A stretch of 64,000 bases of DNA, taken from an uncultured Verrucomicrobiota bacterium (GTDB lineage: Bacteria > Verrucomicrobiota > Verrucomicrobiia > Chthoniobacterales > JACTMZ01). Shown piece after piece: positions 50,713 to 60,649 of this stretch. Under the pieces are notes generated by a model. That model was not told the DNA's origin. It did not search any database and was given only the letters and a program-made list of their open reading frames with translations. The stretch lies in assembly GCA_903953565.1 (NCBI GenBank), contig CAJBKE010000065.1, positions 2,244 through 66,243 on the forward strand. The letters run 5' to 3'. A program made the position numbers and the translations under genes. Position 1 is the first letter of the stretch; the number at the start of each line of letters is the position of its first letter.

Positions 50713-51963
50713 ATGGCCTACATCAACGAGAACTACTCCAAACTCAAAGCCGGCTACCTCTTTCCGGAGATTGCGCGGCGCGTCAAAGCTTTCAGCGAAG
50801 CGCATCCCGACGCAGCAGCGAAGATCATCCGGTGCGGCATCGGTGATGTGACCGAACCCCTCCCCGCGGCTTGCCTCGAGGCTTTGCACAAAGCGGTGGA
50901 CGAAATGGGCAGCCGCGAGACCTTCCGAGGATACGGTCCCGAGCAGGGCTATGACTTTCTCCGCCACGCCATCGCGCAGCATGATTTCCGCGATCGTGGA
51001 TTGGAGATCGAGGACGATGAAATCTTTGTCTCCGACGGCTCGAAGTGCGATTGCGGCAACATCCTCGACATCTTCGGCCCGGGCAACCGCGTGGCCATCA
51101 CCGACCCGGTCTATCCGGTTTACGTCGACACCAATGTCATGGTCGGCAACACGGGTGACGCCGACGAATCCGGCGCCTACGCCGGTTTGGTTTACCTGCC
51201 CTGCACCGCAGAGAACGGCTTTGTCCCGGCCATCCCGAAGGAAGCCGTCGATCTTATCTACCTCTGCTACCCGAATAACCCGACCGGCGCCGTCGCCACC
51301 CGCGACCAGCTCACCGCCTGGGTCGATTACGCGCGCAAGCACCACGCGATCATTCTCTTCGACGCGGCGTATGAGGCCTACGTCCGCACCCCGGGCATCC
51401 CGCATTCCATTTACGAAATCGATGGCGCCCGCGAGTGCGCCATCGAGTTCCGCAGCTTCTCCAAGAACGGCGGCTTCACCGGACTTCGTTGCGCTTTCAC
51501 CGTGGTGCCGAAATCACTCCACGCCAGCACCCGCGGCGGCGAAAGCAAACCGCTCTATCCCCTCTGGCTGCGCAACCACACGACGAAATTCAACGGTGTG
51601 TCGTATCCCGTCCAACGCGCGGCCGAGGCAATCTACTCGCCGAACGGACGCCAGCAGGTCGATACCTTGGTCGATTTCTATATGGAGAACGCCCGCATCC
51701 TGCGCGAGGCGGTGTCCGGCGCGGGGCTGAAAGTCTACGGCGGCATCGATGCCCCCTACATCTGGGTCCGCGGACCCGAGGGCGTCGCCAGTTGGACCAT
51801 GTTCGACTTCCTCCTGCGCGAGGCCAACATCGTCACCACACCGGGCAGCGGTTTCGGCGCGGCCGGCGAAGGCTACTTCCGCATCTCGGCCTTCAACAGC
51901 CGCGAACGCGTGCAGGAAGCAGCCAAGCGACTCGCTTCGCTGGACTTCACAAAGGCTGGTTGA
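50713..51963 (+). CDS. dapL: LL-diaminopimelate aminotransferase
   Basis: [40 protein letters not shown]. Confidence 0.96.
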   Translation: MAYINENYSKLKAGYLFPEIARRVKAFSEAHPDAAAKIIRCGIGDVTEPLPAACLEALHKAVDEMGSRETFRGYGPEQGYDFLRHAIAQHDFRDRGLEIEDDEIFVSDGSKCDCGNILDIFGPGNRVAITDPVYPVYVDTNVMVGNTGDADESGAYAGLVYLPCTAENGFVPAIPKEAVDLIYLCYPNNPTGAVATRDQLTAWVDYARKHHAIILFDAAYEAYVRTPGIPHSIYEIDGARECAIEFRSFSKNGGFTGLRCAFTVVPKSLHASTRGGESKPLYPLWLRNHTTKFNGVSYPVQRAAEAIYSPNGRQQVDTLVDFYMENARILREAVSGAGLKVYGGIDAPYIWVRGPEGVASWTMFDFLLREANIVTTPGSGFGAAGEGYFRISAFNSRERVQEAAKRLASLDFTKAG

Positions 51964-51982
51964 GCCGCGTAGGCTTCATGCC

Positions 51983-52186
51983 ATGAAAGCGTTCCTCCTC
52001 GTGGCTCTCGCGGTCGGCTCGGTCGGCTGCGCCAACCAAGATCCTTACCAGGACCCGACCTACGTGCTGCAGCGCGACCTTTACCACCGCAACCAAAAAT
52101 GGAACCGGACGATGAATGACGTCTACCTGCGCAACCAGGCACGCGACCAGCGCTATGATTCGTGGTTCAACGCGGTGATGGAGTAA
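51983..52186 (+). CDS. Small hypothetical lipoprotein (67 aa)
   Basis: MKAFLLVALAVGSVGC lipobox. Confidence 0.7.
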   Translation: MKAFLLVALAVGSVGCANQDPYQDPTYVLQRDLYHRNQKWNRTMNDVYLRNQARDQRYDSWFNAVME

Positions 52187-52222
52187 TACCAACGTCCCGT
52201 TGCTTTTGGGTTTTGATCGTCA

Positions 52223-52320
52223 GGTGGATCGCGATGTTTGCCTTGGGGCCATCTGCGCTTCGCTCCGGTTCTATCGCGATTTACTGACTGAAATATCGCG
52301 CCGGGACGGCGCGATCCACC
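52223..52320. repeat. REPIN-like element, GTGG family, copy 3, with a 34-bp loop insert
   Basis: Arms conserved; 98 bp rather than 67 bp because 52237-52270 replaces the TCC loop. Confidence 0.9.
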
Positions 52321-52364
52321 ACGCCAGACATCGGGAGCCCTTGTGGCGTTTTGTATAAAGCGCG

Positions 52365-52817
52365 TCAGAACCCCTGCGCCACGCGCTGCAGTTCCTGTTG
52401 GAACGCGACAATGTCGGTCTGCGACGGACGGTAACCCGGCGTCGTCGGATTGAGTCCGAGGCGACCCGTTTGATCGAGCATCCATTCGGCGGTCTCGCCG
52501 TCGGAAAATGTCACCTTTCCGCTGGCCAGCGCATGAGGCTTGGTGATGGTGTCCATGACGACGACAACCCCGCCGGGCGAGGGCGCGGAACGGGCACTTT
52601 CCCCCTCCTGTTTCGCTGCGGCCAAACGCTCCACGGCTTCGCTCTGTTTCGGCTGCTCTTTGATTTGGAGTTGCAGATCGTCGACCAGGAAACGCACGTC
52701 CATGTAGGTGATGGAAACCGCACATTCCTCCTTCAGTCGGCGCTGCACGTCGGACAGCGACGCGCCCTCGGCCACCCACTGCGCAACCTGTTTCTTTTGG
52801 TCCTCTGTTAACTTCAC
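52365..52817 (-). CDS. Hypothetical cytoplasmic protein
   Basis: 150-aa ORF with natural composition and a TAAGAT -10 box just upstream. Confidence 0.75.
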   Translation of the reverse strand: MKLTEDQKKQVAQWVAEGASLSDVQRRLKEECAVSITYMDVRFLVDDLQLQIKEQPKQSEAVERLAAAKQEGESARSAPSPGGVVVVMDTITKPHALASGKVTFSDGETAEWMLDQTGRLGLNPTTPGYRPSQTDIVAFQQELQRVAQGF

Positions 52818-52908
52818 TTCGGGGTGATCTTAGCCTGTCCGGCGTCCGCTGCAAAGCCGGAGGCGGGTCCGGACTTGCACAATTCCCGGGATGCATTATG
52901 GAAAACGC

Positions 52909-53403
52909 ATGAAGCGCACTCTCCGCTTGGGCACGGCCTTGGCCGTTGCGGGTTCGATCGGCACTGCCGGTTGCGAAAATTTCAGCGCCACCGAGGCCGG
53001 GCTATTGGCCGCGGGTCTGGCCGGTGCGGCCACCGGCATCGCTCTCGGCACCACAGGTGTCCCCTCCAGTTCCTCAATTCCCATCGCGCTGGGTGCCGCC
53101 GCGGGCGCCGGAGCCCTCGCGGTCGCCGCGACCAATATGTCGGTCGGACGCGACCAGCGTTTGATGGCGGAGCAACGCGGACAAATGCTCGTCGAGCAAG
53201 CCCGTCAACGCGGCGCGCAAAATATTCCGCGCTATATCCTCGTCGACACCATCTCGTCTCGGCCCACGGGCGGCGGACGTCCGGTCATGATTTTCGATAC
53301 TGCCAGCGGCAAGGTCGCGAGCAACCGTCTTTATTATGTCGGCATGCCGGTCGGTCCCTACGGATTCACCGATGCGCCTCCCGGCATGATGAACATGCGC
53401 TAA
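52909..53403 (+). CDS. Glycine-zipper lipoprotein
   Basis: Lipobox TAGC followed by Gly/Ala zipper helices. Confidence 0.7.
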   Translation: MKRTLRLGTALAVAGSIGTAGCENFSATEAGLLAAGLAGAATGIALGTTGVPSSSSIPIALGAAAGAGALAVAATNMSVGRDQRLMAEQRGQMLVEQARQRGAQNIPRYILVDTISSRPTGGGRPVMIFDTASGKVASNRLYYVGMPVGPYGFTDAPPGMMNMR

Positions 53404-53411
53404 GCCGCATC

Positions 53412-54299
53412 ATGGCGGATCGCGCCACCATGGAGGAGCGTCCGCCATTCCAGATTCTGCCGCCCGGGCGCCGCGCACGCATCTTCGGCGTCGACTACGC
53501 CATCGTTTCGCAACCGGACGGGGGGGAACTCTACGTTTCCCGCATCGCCTGGCGGTGGCTCGATTGGCTGCAACCGGATCGCTGGTGGGACCGTGAGGCC
53601 GACGCCGTGCGCGGCGAAAGATTGCCGGGGAGCACCGGAACGGTTTACCGCGTACGCAGCGCGCCTCCCGGCATGCCGGCACGTGATCTCGTGGTGAAAT
53701 TCTCGCGCGTGGCGCAGGATGTGCCGCTCTTCATCCCGGACGAATTTCTCGACTCCTTGCCCCGCACGGCGGTGGCCGATGCGCGGTTTTTGGCGCCGTT
53801 CGCCGAATTCGGACTGTTGCATGAACTCCGCGGCAACATCCTCAACCACGGCCCCCACCGCCTGAGGACTAAAATGCCCCTGGCCATTTACTCCCCGCCC
53901 GGAAAATATCCGCTTTGGCAGACGGGACGGCATGCCGACATTTTCCGCTCGCACCAACAGGCCATGGCCCATGACCAGTTCGAAAACGGATTGGCTGAGG
54001 TGCAACTCGATATCGAACGCGACTATCTCGGTATCTTTGCCTGGATTGACGGCATCGACGCCGAGGAAGCTTTCAACCGCGGCCTCATCGACCAGGACCT
54101 TCTCGTCCTCCTGACGCGCTCAAGCAACCACGCCCTTTCACGCCTCGGCTACCGCATCCTCGACAACAAGCCGCGCCATCTCATCGTCCGACCGCGACCT
54201 GATGGAACGCTGCTGCAGCGCGACGGGAAGATCATCTACACGATGATCGACTTCGAGTTGCTGCAGCGTCACGAAGACGCGGCACGAGTGACGAGATGA
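53412..54299 (+). CDS. Hypothetical protein with kinase-like motifs
   Basis: GSTGTVYRV, LVVKFS, DNKPRH, IDFE. Confidence 0.6.
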   Translation: MADRATMEERPPFQILPPGRRARIFGVDYAIVSQPDGGELYVSRIAWRWLDWLQPDRWWDREADAVRGERLPGSTGTVYRVRSAPPGMPARDLVVKFSRVAQDVPLFIPDEFLDSLPRTAVADARFLAPFAEFGLLHELRGNILNHGPHRLRTKMPLAIYSPPGKYPLWQTGRHADIFRSHQQAMAHDQFENGLAEVQLDIERDYLGIFAWIDGIDAEEAFNRGLIDQDLLVLLTRSSNHALSRLGYRILDNKPRHLIVRPRPDGTLLQRDGKIIYTMIDFELLQRHEDAARVTR

Positions 54300-54312
54300 G
54301 CGAAACCGCCAA

Positions 54313-54380
54313 GGTGGATCGCGATGTCCCTATCGCGATCAATCCCCAAGACAAATCGCGCCGGGACGGCGCGATCCACC
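54313..54380. repeat. REPIN-like element, GTGG family, copy 4
   Basis: Same arms; lies between convergent genes. Confidence 0.9.
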
Positions 54381-54405
54381 TTACGGCGAAGAAACCGCTG
54401 CGGGC

Positions 54406-55095
54406 TCACCGCCGCGAGCCCATGAACATGCGCAGCACATACCAGAACATCATGGCAATGCCGGCGAAGAGCTGGATTGATGCGGCCACGTCGGCATTGG
54501 CGGGAAATCCACGCATGATGTTGGACGTGGTGTAGAGCACCGATCCGGAGGCCAAAACAATCATGGCCACGCTGAACCATGTGCCGGGGTCGAATTTGAA
54601 GATCACGGCGCACACTATGACAGCCAAGCCGAACAATCCGCCCCAGATCAAAAATGAGCGCAGGAAGGAAAAATCGCGACCTGTGGTCACAACCACCGCA
54701 GTAAGCAGAACGAAACCACCGATGGTCACTTGGGCGGCACTGGCAATGACCCCCGGGGCGGCGCTTTCCGCGGCGGCGAGGAGCGGGATGGTGATGAGCG
54801 CCTGGAGCAAAACGTAGAGGAAAAATCCGAGGTATTGCAGGGGACGCGACACCGACGGCACGGCGATCAGGGTGGCGACCCAGGAGAGCAGCATGAATCC
54901 GCCGAGGACCACGAGCCACGAGACGCCCGAAAAAACCCGCAACACGGTGTCCGCGATGCCGCTCTGGAAAAACCAGATTTCCAAACCGACAAAAAGCAGG
55001 ACGGCGAGGACGAGGTGCGCGTAGACGCGGGTGAGAAAAGATCCTTGCTCGCGCGCGGCGAGACCGGAGACAGGGACGGTGTAGGGGTTGGCCAT
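54406..55095 (-). CDS. Bax inhibitor-1/YccA family membrane protein
   Basis: FLTRVY.HL, seven TM helices, DFSFL, LY.TSNI, FWYVLR. Confidence 0.88.
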   Translation of the reverse strand: MANPYTVPVSGLAAREQGSFLTRVYAHLVLAVLLFVGLEIWFFQSGIADTVLRVFSGVSWLVVLGGFMLLSWVATLIAVPSVSRPLQYLGFFLYVLLQALITIPLLAAAESAAPGVIASAAQVTIGGFVLLTAVVVTTGRDFSFLRSFLIWGGLFGLAVIVCAVIFKFDPGTWFSVAMIVLASGSVLYTTSNIMRGFPANADVAASIQLFAGIAMMFWYVLRMFMGSRR

Positions 55096-55133
55096 GGATC
55101 AAAGATGCTAGAGCCGGCGCAGCTCGGCACGCT

Positions 55134-56030
55134 TTACTTTTTGGCCCGGGGATGGAATTGGCGGTGAGCTTTGTGCAGGCCGCGGGTGTCGACGTGGGTA
55201 TAAACCTGCGTGGTCGAAATGTCCGCGTGACCGAGCATTTCCTGGATGATGCGCAGGTCGGCCCCGCCTTGCAGCAGATGGGTGGCGAAAGAATGGCGGA
55301 GCATGTGCGGATGGACATCCTTGGAGAGCCCGGCCCGCCTAGCCAACTCGCCTAGCAGTTGCCAGATGCGCTGGTTGGTCAATTTGCGTCCGCGCACGGA
55401 GAGAAAAATCTCCCCGCCGGTTTTTTTGCCGACCAGCTCGGGACGGCCGGCTTGGAGATAACGTTGCAGCGCTTGGCGCGCGCCGGAGCCGACCGGGACC
55501 AAGCGCTGTTTGTTGCCTTTGCCGATCACGCGGATGAAACCCTGCTCGAGATCGAGATTTTCCAGCCGGGCTCCGCAGAGTTCGGAGACGCGCAGGCCGC
55601 TGGCGTAGAGCAATTCCACAATGGCCCGGTCGCGTATTTCCAGGGGAGTTTTGCCGCCGGCGGCATGGATCAGTCGGGCGACTTCCGGCTCGGAGAGCGT
55701 ATCGGGCAGGTAACGCTCGACTTTCGGCACGCCGAGGAATTCCGTCGGATCACGCTCGAGAATTTTGCGCTGCACGAGGAAACGGAAAAGAATGCGCAAG
55801 GCCACGGCATGAAGCTTGATCGTCGCCGCTGCGGCACCGCCTTTCTTCCGCCAACCGAGGAAGTCGCCGATTGCCTCGGGAGTGACCTCGGCCCACTCGG
55901 CAGCACGTTTTTGGTCCGCCGCCCACTTCGCGAAAAGCTCGAGCGAGGCACGCGTGCTCAGTTGGTAGTTGTCGGACAACCCACGCTCGGTGGCCAGATA
56001 CAGGATGAACTGGTCTGTCTCCGCGTTCAC
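55134..56030 (-). CDS. xerD: Chromosomal tyrosine recombinase
   Basis: ERGLS.N, RDRA..ELLYASGLRVSEL, GKGNKQRLVP, PHMLRHSFATHLL, LGHADISTTQVYTHV. Confidence 0.9.
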   Translation of the reverse strand: MNAETDQFILYLATERGLSDNYQLSTRASLELFAKWAADQKRAAEWAEVTPEAIGDFLGWRKKGGAAAATIKLHAVALRILFRFLVQRKILERDPTEFLGVPKVERYLPDTLSEPEVARLIHAAGGKTPLEIRDRAIVELLYASGLRVSELCGARLENLDLEQGFIRVIGKGNKQRLVPVGSGARQALQRYLQAGRPELVGKKTGGEIFLSVRGRKLTNQRIWQLLGELARRAGLSKDVHPHMLRHSFATHLLQGGADLRIIQEMLGHADISTTQVYTHVDTRGLHKAHRQFHPRAKK

Positions 56031-56905
56031 GCCGGACGCCGTGCAAGGGCGATCCGCTCGTACGCCTCGCGGTATTTCTCGGCGGTCTGGGCAATGATGT
56101 CCGGAGGCAAGTGCGGTGCGGGTGGCTGACGGTTCCAACCGGATTGGAGCAGCCAGTCGCGGACGAATTGTTTGTCGAAACTCGGCGGATGCGTGCCGGG
56201 CTCCCAAAGGTCGGCCGGCCAGAAACGCGAGGAATCGGGCGTGAGGCATTCGTCGATCAGCACGAGGTCGTCGTCGATCAGGCCGAATTCGAATTTCGTA
56301 TCGGCAATGATGACCCCGGCCCGCTCGGCCTGGATGCGTCCGTAATCGTAGACCTCGAAACTGGCCTCGCGCACGGCATGGGCCAGTTCATCGCCGAGCA
56401 AGCGGCGGCATTTTTCCCAGCTGATCGGTTCGTCATGGCCCTCTGTTGCTTTGGTTGTCGGGGTGAAAAGCGGTGCGGGCAATTTGGACGCTTCGCGCAG
56501 TCCGCGCGGGACCTCGTGTCCACCCACCGTTCCGCGGTCGCGGTATTCGTCCCACGCCGCACCGGCCAGATACCCACGGACCACGCACTCGACGGGCAGC
56601 GGTTTCGATTTGCGGCAAAGCATGCTGCGCCCGGCGAGCTGTTCAGCGAAAGGCTGCAACTCGGCGGGGAAAGTGGCGAAGTCCGCGGAAACAAAATGAT
56701 TCGGGACAAAATCCAGCCGCTGGAACCAGAAAGCGGAGAGTTGGGTCAGCACCTCGCCTTTTCCGGGGATCGGGTCGGGCAGAACGCAGTCGAAAGCGGA
56801 AAGGCGGTCGCTGGCCACCAAGAGCACGCGGTCGCCCGATGCGTAGACCTCGCGGACCTTGCCGCGGCGGACCAATTCCCAACCGGGGAGCTGCAGAATC
56901 GACAT
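56027..56905 (-). CDS. purC: SAICAR synthetase
   Basis: GKVREVY, SDRLSAFD, ECVVRGY, ADTKFEFG, TPDSSRFW, DKQFVRD. Confidence 0.97.
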   Translation of the reverse strand: MSILQLPGWELVRRGKVREVYASGDRVLLVASDRLSAFDCVLPDPIPGKGEVLTQLSAFWFQRLDFVPNHFVSADFATFPAELQPFAEQLAGRSMLCRKSKPLPVECVVRGYLAGAAWDEYRDRGTVGGHEVPRGLREASKLPAPLFTPTTKATEGHDEPISWEKCRRLLGDELAHAVREASFEVYDYGRIQAERAGVIIADTKFEFGLIDDDLVLIDECLTPDSSRFWPADLWEPGTHPPSFDKQFVRDWLLQSGWNRQPPAPHLPPDIIAQTAEKYREAYERIALARRPA

Positions 56906-57009
56906 GGGGCGGAGTTTACTACCGGGCACCCCCGCCCAGGCAAAGCCCAAAGAAGGAAACCGCAAATTCCTTGGATCCGCCCCGCCCCTCGCCTAGCCTG
57001 CGCGGTTCT

Positions 57010-57330
57010 ATGCAGATCCTGACTTTGCTCGCCCAAGCCGCACCCGGCGCCCCGGAACAACCACCGGTGCTCTTCCAGTTCCTGCCGCTCATTATCATTG
57101 CGGTCCTCTTTTACTTCCTGCTCATCCGCCCGCAGCAGAAAAAGCAGAAGGATCACCAGCAACTGGTCACGTCGGTCAAAACCGGGGACAAAGTGACCAC
57201 CGCCGGCGGCATCCATGGCATCGTCGCCAATGTCAAAGAAACGACGTTTCTGGTCAAAGTGGCCGACAACGTGAAAATCGAGTTCGACAAGAGCGCGATC
57301 ACTTCCGTGGGCAAGGCGGACGCCGCCTGA
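57010..57330 (+). CDS. yajC: Preprotein translocase subunit YajC
   Basis: FYFLLIRPQQKK, GDKV.T.GGIHG. Confidence 0.95.
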   Translation: MQILTLLAQAAPGAPEQPPVLFQFLPLIIIAVLFYFLLIRPQQKKQKDHQQLVTSVKTGDKVTTAGGIHGIVANVKETTFLVKVADNVKIEFDKSAITSVGKADAA

Positions 57331-57358
57331 TCCAGCGCCACCCGCGCCACGACCTGCC

Positions 57359-59677
57359 ATGAGCCCGACCTTCACTTTTGTTTTCGGCCTACTCCTTCTC
57401 GGGCTGTTCTTCTGGTATTTCATGACCGATGCGGCGAGACGCAAGCGCGCCATCGGGCTCGTGCTGACCGTGCTGCTCCTCGCGTTCTGCATCGAGGCAA
57501 TCGTCCCGCCGGAGAAGAAAATCCGCCTCGGCCTCGATCTGCAGGGTGGCACGTCTTTCCTTTTGCGACTGGTCGGTGAGGACGGCGAGCAAATCACGCC
57601 GACCACCCTCGACCAAGCCATCGAGGTCATCCGCAAACGCGTCGACCAGTTCGGCGTGAGCGAGCCGGTCATCGCCGCACAGGGTCGCGACCGCATTCTT
57701 GTGCAGATCCCCGGCCTCGATACGCAGCAGCTGGCGCAAACCAAGGAACAGCTCCAGCGCGTGGCCAAACTCGAATTCGCCCTCGTTCACCCGCAGAGCG
57801 ATTCCATCCTCGCCCAAGTCGAGGCCGGCGAAGGCGTTTTGCCGCCCGGTTTCGTGGTCAAGGAATACACCGATGTGATCGAGGGCAAGGAGCAGACCTT
57901 GCGCCTGCTCGTCAAACAACGCGCCGACCTGACCGGCGACCGGGTCACCTCGGCCAACCCGTTCTATGACGTTCAGGGCTACGGAGTGGCAATGAGGTTC
58001 GACGGCGATGGCGCCAAAATTTTCGGCGATCTCACCACCGCCCATGTCGGTAACCGTCTGGCCATCATGCTCGACGGTGATGTGCAGAGCGCCCCGAGCA
58101 TCCGCCAGCCCATCTACGGCGGCGAAGCCGTCATCACCGGGCGGTTCAGCGACGAGGAAGCCCGCAATCTGGCCAGCGTTCTCGAAAATCCGCTCAAGAC
58201 ACCGGTCGAAATCGAAGAGACGCGCAGCGTTTCCGCGTCGCTCGGCGCCGATTCCATCCGCAGCGGCGTCGGCGCAGGCTTGCTCGGTCTCGCCTTGACC
58301 CTGCTCTTCGTCCTTTTCTACTACCGGCTCGCGGGATTTGTCGCGTGCCTTGCCCTTGCGGTGAACCTCATCCTGCTCTTCGGCGCGATGTGCATGTTCA
58401 ACTTCGTGCTCACTCTGCCGGGTATCGCGGGCATCATCCTGACCATCGGCATGGCCATCGACGCCAACGTGCTCATTTATGAACGTCTTCGTGAGGAAAT
58501 GGCCGCCGGCAAATCACTCGGCGCCGCGGTCAATGCCGCCTACGAAAAGGCATTCTCGGCCATCTTCGACGCGAACCTCACGACACTCATCACCTCGGCT
58601 ATCCTCTTCTGGCAGGCCACCGGTCCGGTCAAGGGCTTCGCCATCACCCTGACCCTCGGCATCATCGCCTCGATGTTTTCCGCGCTGCTCTTCACGCGCA
58701 CCTGCTTCGGCTACATGCTGGAAAACTTCGGGCTGAAAAAACTGCGCATGCTCAACTGGATCCCGGCGCACAAGATCGACTTTCTCGGCAAACGTCATAT
58801 CGCCCTCGCGCTGTCGGCCATCCTTATCCTCGGCTCGATCGGATTCTTCGCTTGGAGAGGCGATAAAAACTTCGGTGTCGACTTCACCGGCGGCGACCTT
58901 GTTGTCCTCGGCTCGAAGGAACAGGTTCCCCTCGCCGACCTGCGCCGCAGCGTCGAAGCGGCCGGCATCGGCGAAACCACGCTGCAAACTTCAATCGAAG
59001 AAGGAAAGGAACTGGTCACCGTGCAGAGCAAATTCGGCACAGCCGACGCCGTCGTGGCCAAGCTGCAGCAGGATTTCCCGTCGGCCCAATGGACCATCGA
59101 GCAGACCGACACGGTCGGACCACGCGTCGGCCAGGAACTGGCCGGACGCTCCCTCTTCGCCCTCGCTCTCGGACTTCTCGGAATCCTCATCTACGTCACG
59201 CTCCGCTTCGAATTCTCCTTCGCCCTCGGCGCGCTCGTCGCGCTCTTGCATGACGTGATCATTACGGTCGGTGTTTTTTCCATACTCGGACGCGAGGTCT
59301 CGCTCGTCATGGTCGGCGCCGTGCTGACCATTGCCGGATACTCGATCAACGACACCATCGTCGTCTTCGACCGCGTGCGTGAAGGCTTGATGTCCGGGCG
59401 CCGCGGCACCGTCGCGCAAATCATGAACGAGTGCATCAACGAAACGCTCGGCCGCACCATCCTGACCGGCGGCACCACATTGCTCGCCACCGCCGCGCTC
59501 TTTTTCCTCGGCGGTCCGGTGCTGAGCGACTTCGCCTTGGCGATCTTGATCGGCATCCTCGTGGGAACGTATTCGTCGATCTTCGTCGCCGCGCCCATCG
59601 TCCTGTGGTGGGCCAAGCGCTCGGGCAAGAGCATCAAGCGCGAAGTGCTCGGCGATCTGCCGCAATCGGCGTCCTGA
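57359..59677 (+). CDS. secDF: Fused SecD-SecF translocase subunit
   Basis: LGLDLQGG, TIGMAIDANVLIYER, GVDFTGG, GYSINDTIVVFDR. Confidence 0.96.
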   Translation: MSPTFTFVFGLLLLGLFFWYFMTDAARRKRAIGLVLTVLLLAFCIEAIVPPEKKIRLGLDLQGGTSFLLRLVGEDGEQITPTTLDQAIEVIRKRVDQFGVSEPVIAAQGRDRILVQIPGLDTQQLAQTKEQLQRVAKLEFALVHPQSDSILAQVEAGEGVLPPGFVVKEYTDVIEGKEQTLRLLVKQRADLTGDRVTSANPFYDVQGYGVAMRFDGDGAKIFGDLTTAHVGNRLAIMLDGDVQSAPSIRQPIYGGEAVITGRFSDEEARNLASVLENPLKTPVEIEETRSVSASLGADSIRSGVGAGLLGLALTLLFVLFYYRLAGFVACLALAVNLILLFGAMCMFNFVLTLPGIAGIILTIGMAIDANVLIYERLREEMAAGKSLGAAVNAAYEKAFSAIFDANLTTLITSAILFWQATGPVKGFAITLTLGIIASMFSALLFTRTCFGYMLENFGLKKLRMLNWIPAHKIDFLGKRHIALALSAILILGSIGFFAWRGDKNFGVDFTGGDLVVLGSKEQVPLADLRRSVEAAGIGETTLQTSIEEGKELVTVQSKFGTADAVVAKLQQDFPSAQWTIEQTDTVGPRVGQELAGRSLFALALGLLGILIYVTLRFEFSFALGALVALLHDVIITVGVFSILGREVSLVMVGAVLTIAGYSINDTIVVFDRVREGLMSGRRGTVAQIMNECINETLGRTILTGGTTLLATAALFFLGGPVLSDFALAILIGILVGTYSSIFVAAPIVLWWAKRSGKSIKREVLGDLPQSAS

Positions 59678-59684
59678 TCCTGGG

Positions 59685-59751
59685 GGTGGATCGCGCCGTC
59701 CCGGCGCGATTTCCGCGGGTGCTTATCGCGATGGGGACATCGCGATCCACC
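59685..59751. repeat. REPIN-like element, GTGG family, copy 5 (inverted)
   Basis: GGTGGATCGCGCCGTCCCGGCGCGAT...ATCGCGATGGGGACATCGCGATCCACC. Confidence 0.9.
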
Positions 59752-59754
59752 GGA

Positions 59755-60612
59755 CTACTTCATCAACAACAAACTCAGCGCCATCACCAACATCCCGCCG
59801 ACGAGACCGAGGACACTGTCGTGTCCTTTGCCATAAGCGCGGCTGGTCGGGAGCAGTTCATCGAGGCTGATGTAAACCATGATGCCGGCCACGGCACCGA
59901 AGACGGGACCGACGAGGTCGCCCGGGATGACCGCGCCCCCTCCTCCGGCCAGGAGGACCAAAACCGCATAAGCCGCAATGGCCCCGACTGGTTCGGCCAG
60001 ACCACTCAGCGCCGAGTAGATGAAGGCTTTGCGCCGACTGCCCGTGGCGAAGTAGATCGGCACGGACACGCTCATGCCCTCGGGAATATTGTGCAGAGCG
60101 ATAGCCACAGCGATGGCCACACCGAGCCCCGGATCCTGCAGAGCGACAAGGAAAGTAGCCAAACCCTCCGGGAAATTGTGGATACCGATGGCCAACGCGG
60201 TGAACAACCCCATGCGCATCAGTTTGTGGTCGTGGCGGTGCGGTGCGGGCTCGTCCCGCGCATGGAGAAGTGTTTCAGCCTCCTCGTGGGTGCGCGCCTC
60301 GTGCGGATTCTCCGCCGCGGGAATGAGGTTGTCGATTAGCGCAATGACAAGAATGCCCGCGAAAAAGGACGCCGCGTTGATCCATGCGGCCATGACATCG
60401 CTGTAACCCGCGCCTGCCAGCGCCGCCTCGCCCTTGGGGAAAATTTCGACGAAAGAAACATAAAGCATCACACCCGCGGAAAATCCTGTGGTCACGGAAA
60501 GAAAACGGTGGTCGGTCCGTTTGGCCAAGAAGGCGATGCAGCTCCCCACCACCGTCCCGAGGCCGGCCAGCAAGGTCAGCATAAAGGCGGTCAGAAGATG
60601 TTCGTTCGTCAT
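59755..60612 (-). CDS. zupT: ZIP family metal transporter
   Basis: [32 protein letters not shown]. Confidence 0.94.
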   Translation of the reverse strand: MTNEHLLTAFMLTLLAGLGTVVGSCIAFLAKRTDHRFLSVTTGFSAGVMLYVSFVEIFPKGEAALAGAGYSDVMAAWINAASFFAGILVIALIDNLIPAAENPHEARTHEEAETLLHARDEPAPHRHDHKLMRMGLFTALAIGIHNFPEGLATFLVALQDPGLGVAIAVAIALHNIPEGMSVSVPIYFATGSRRKAFIYSALSGLAEPVGAIAAYAVLVLLAGGGGAVIPGDLVGPVFGAVAGIMVYISLDELLPTSRAYGKGHDSVLGLVGGMLVMALSLLLMK

Positions 60613-60649
60613 TCGGTGATGCGGGGATTATCCGTGCGCGCAGCGGAAG

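Noticed and set aside
54296-54535. Small ORFs sharing VDRDVPIAI (54296..54535 and 49280..49690) as a protein family
   Set aside because: The shared peptide is just the translation of the REPIN repeat, and both ORFs overlap real genes
55134-56030. Tyrosine recombinase as a phage or island integrase
   Set aside because: It has XerD length and motifs, overlaps purC, and no att sites, tRNA or cargo genes are nearby
57359-59677. SecD-SecF fusion as a novelty
   Set aside because: Fused SecDF is common and well described in many phyla
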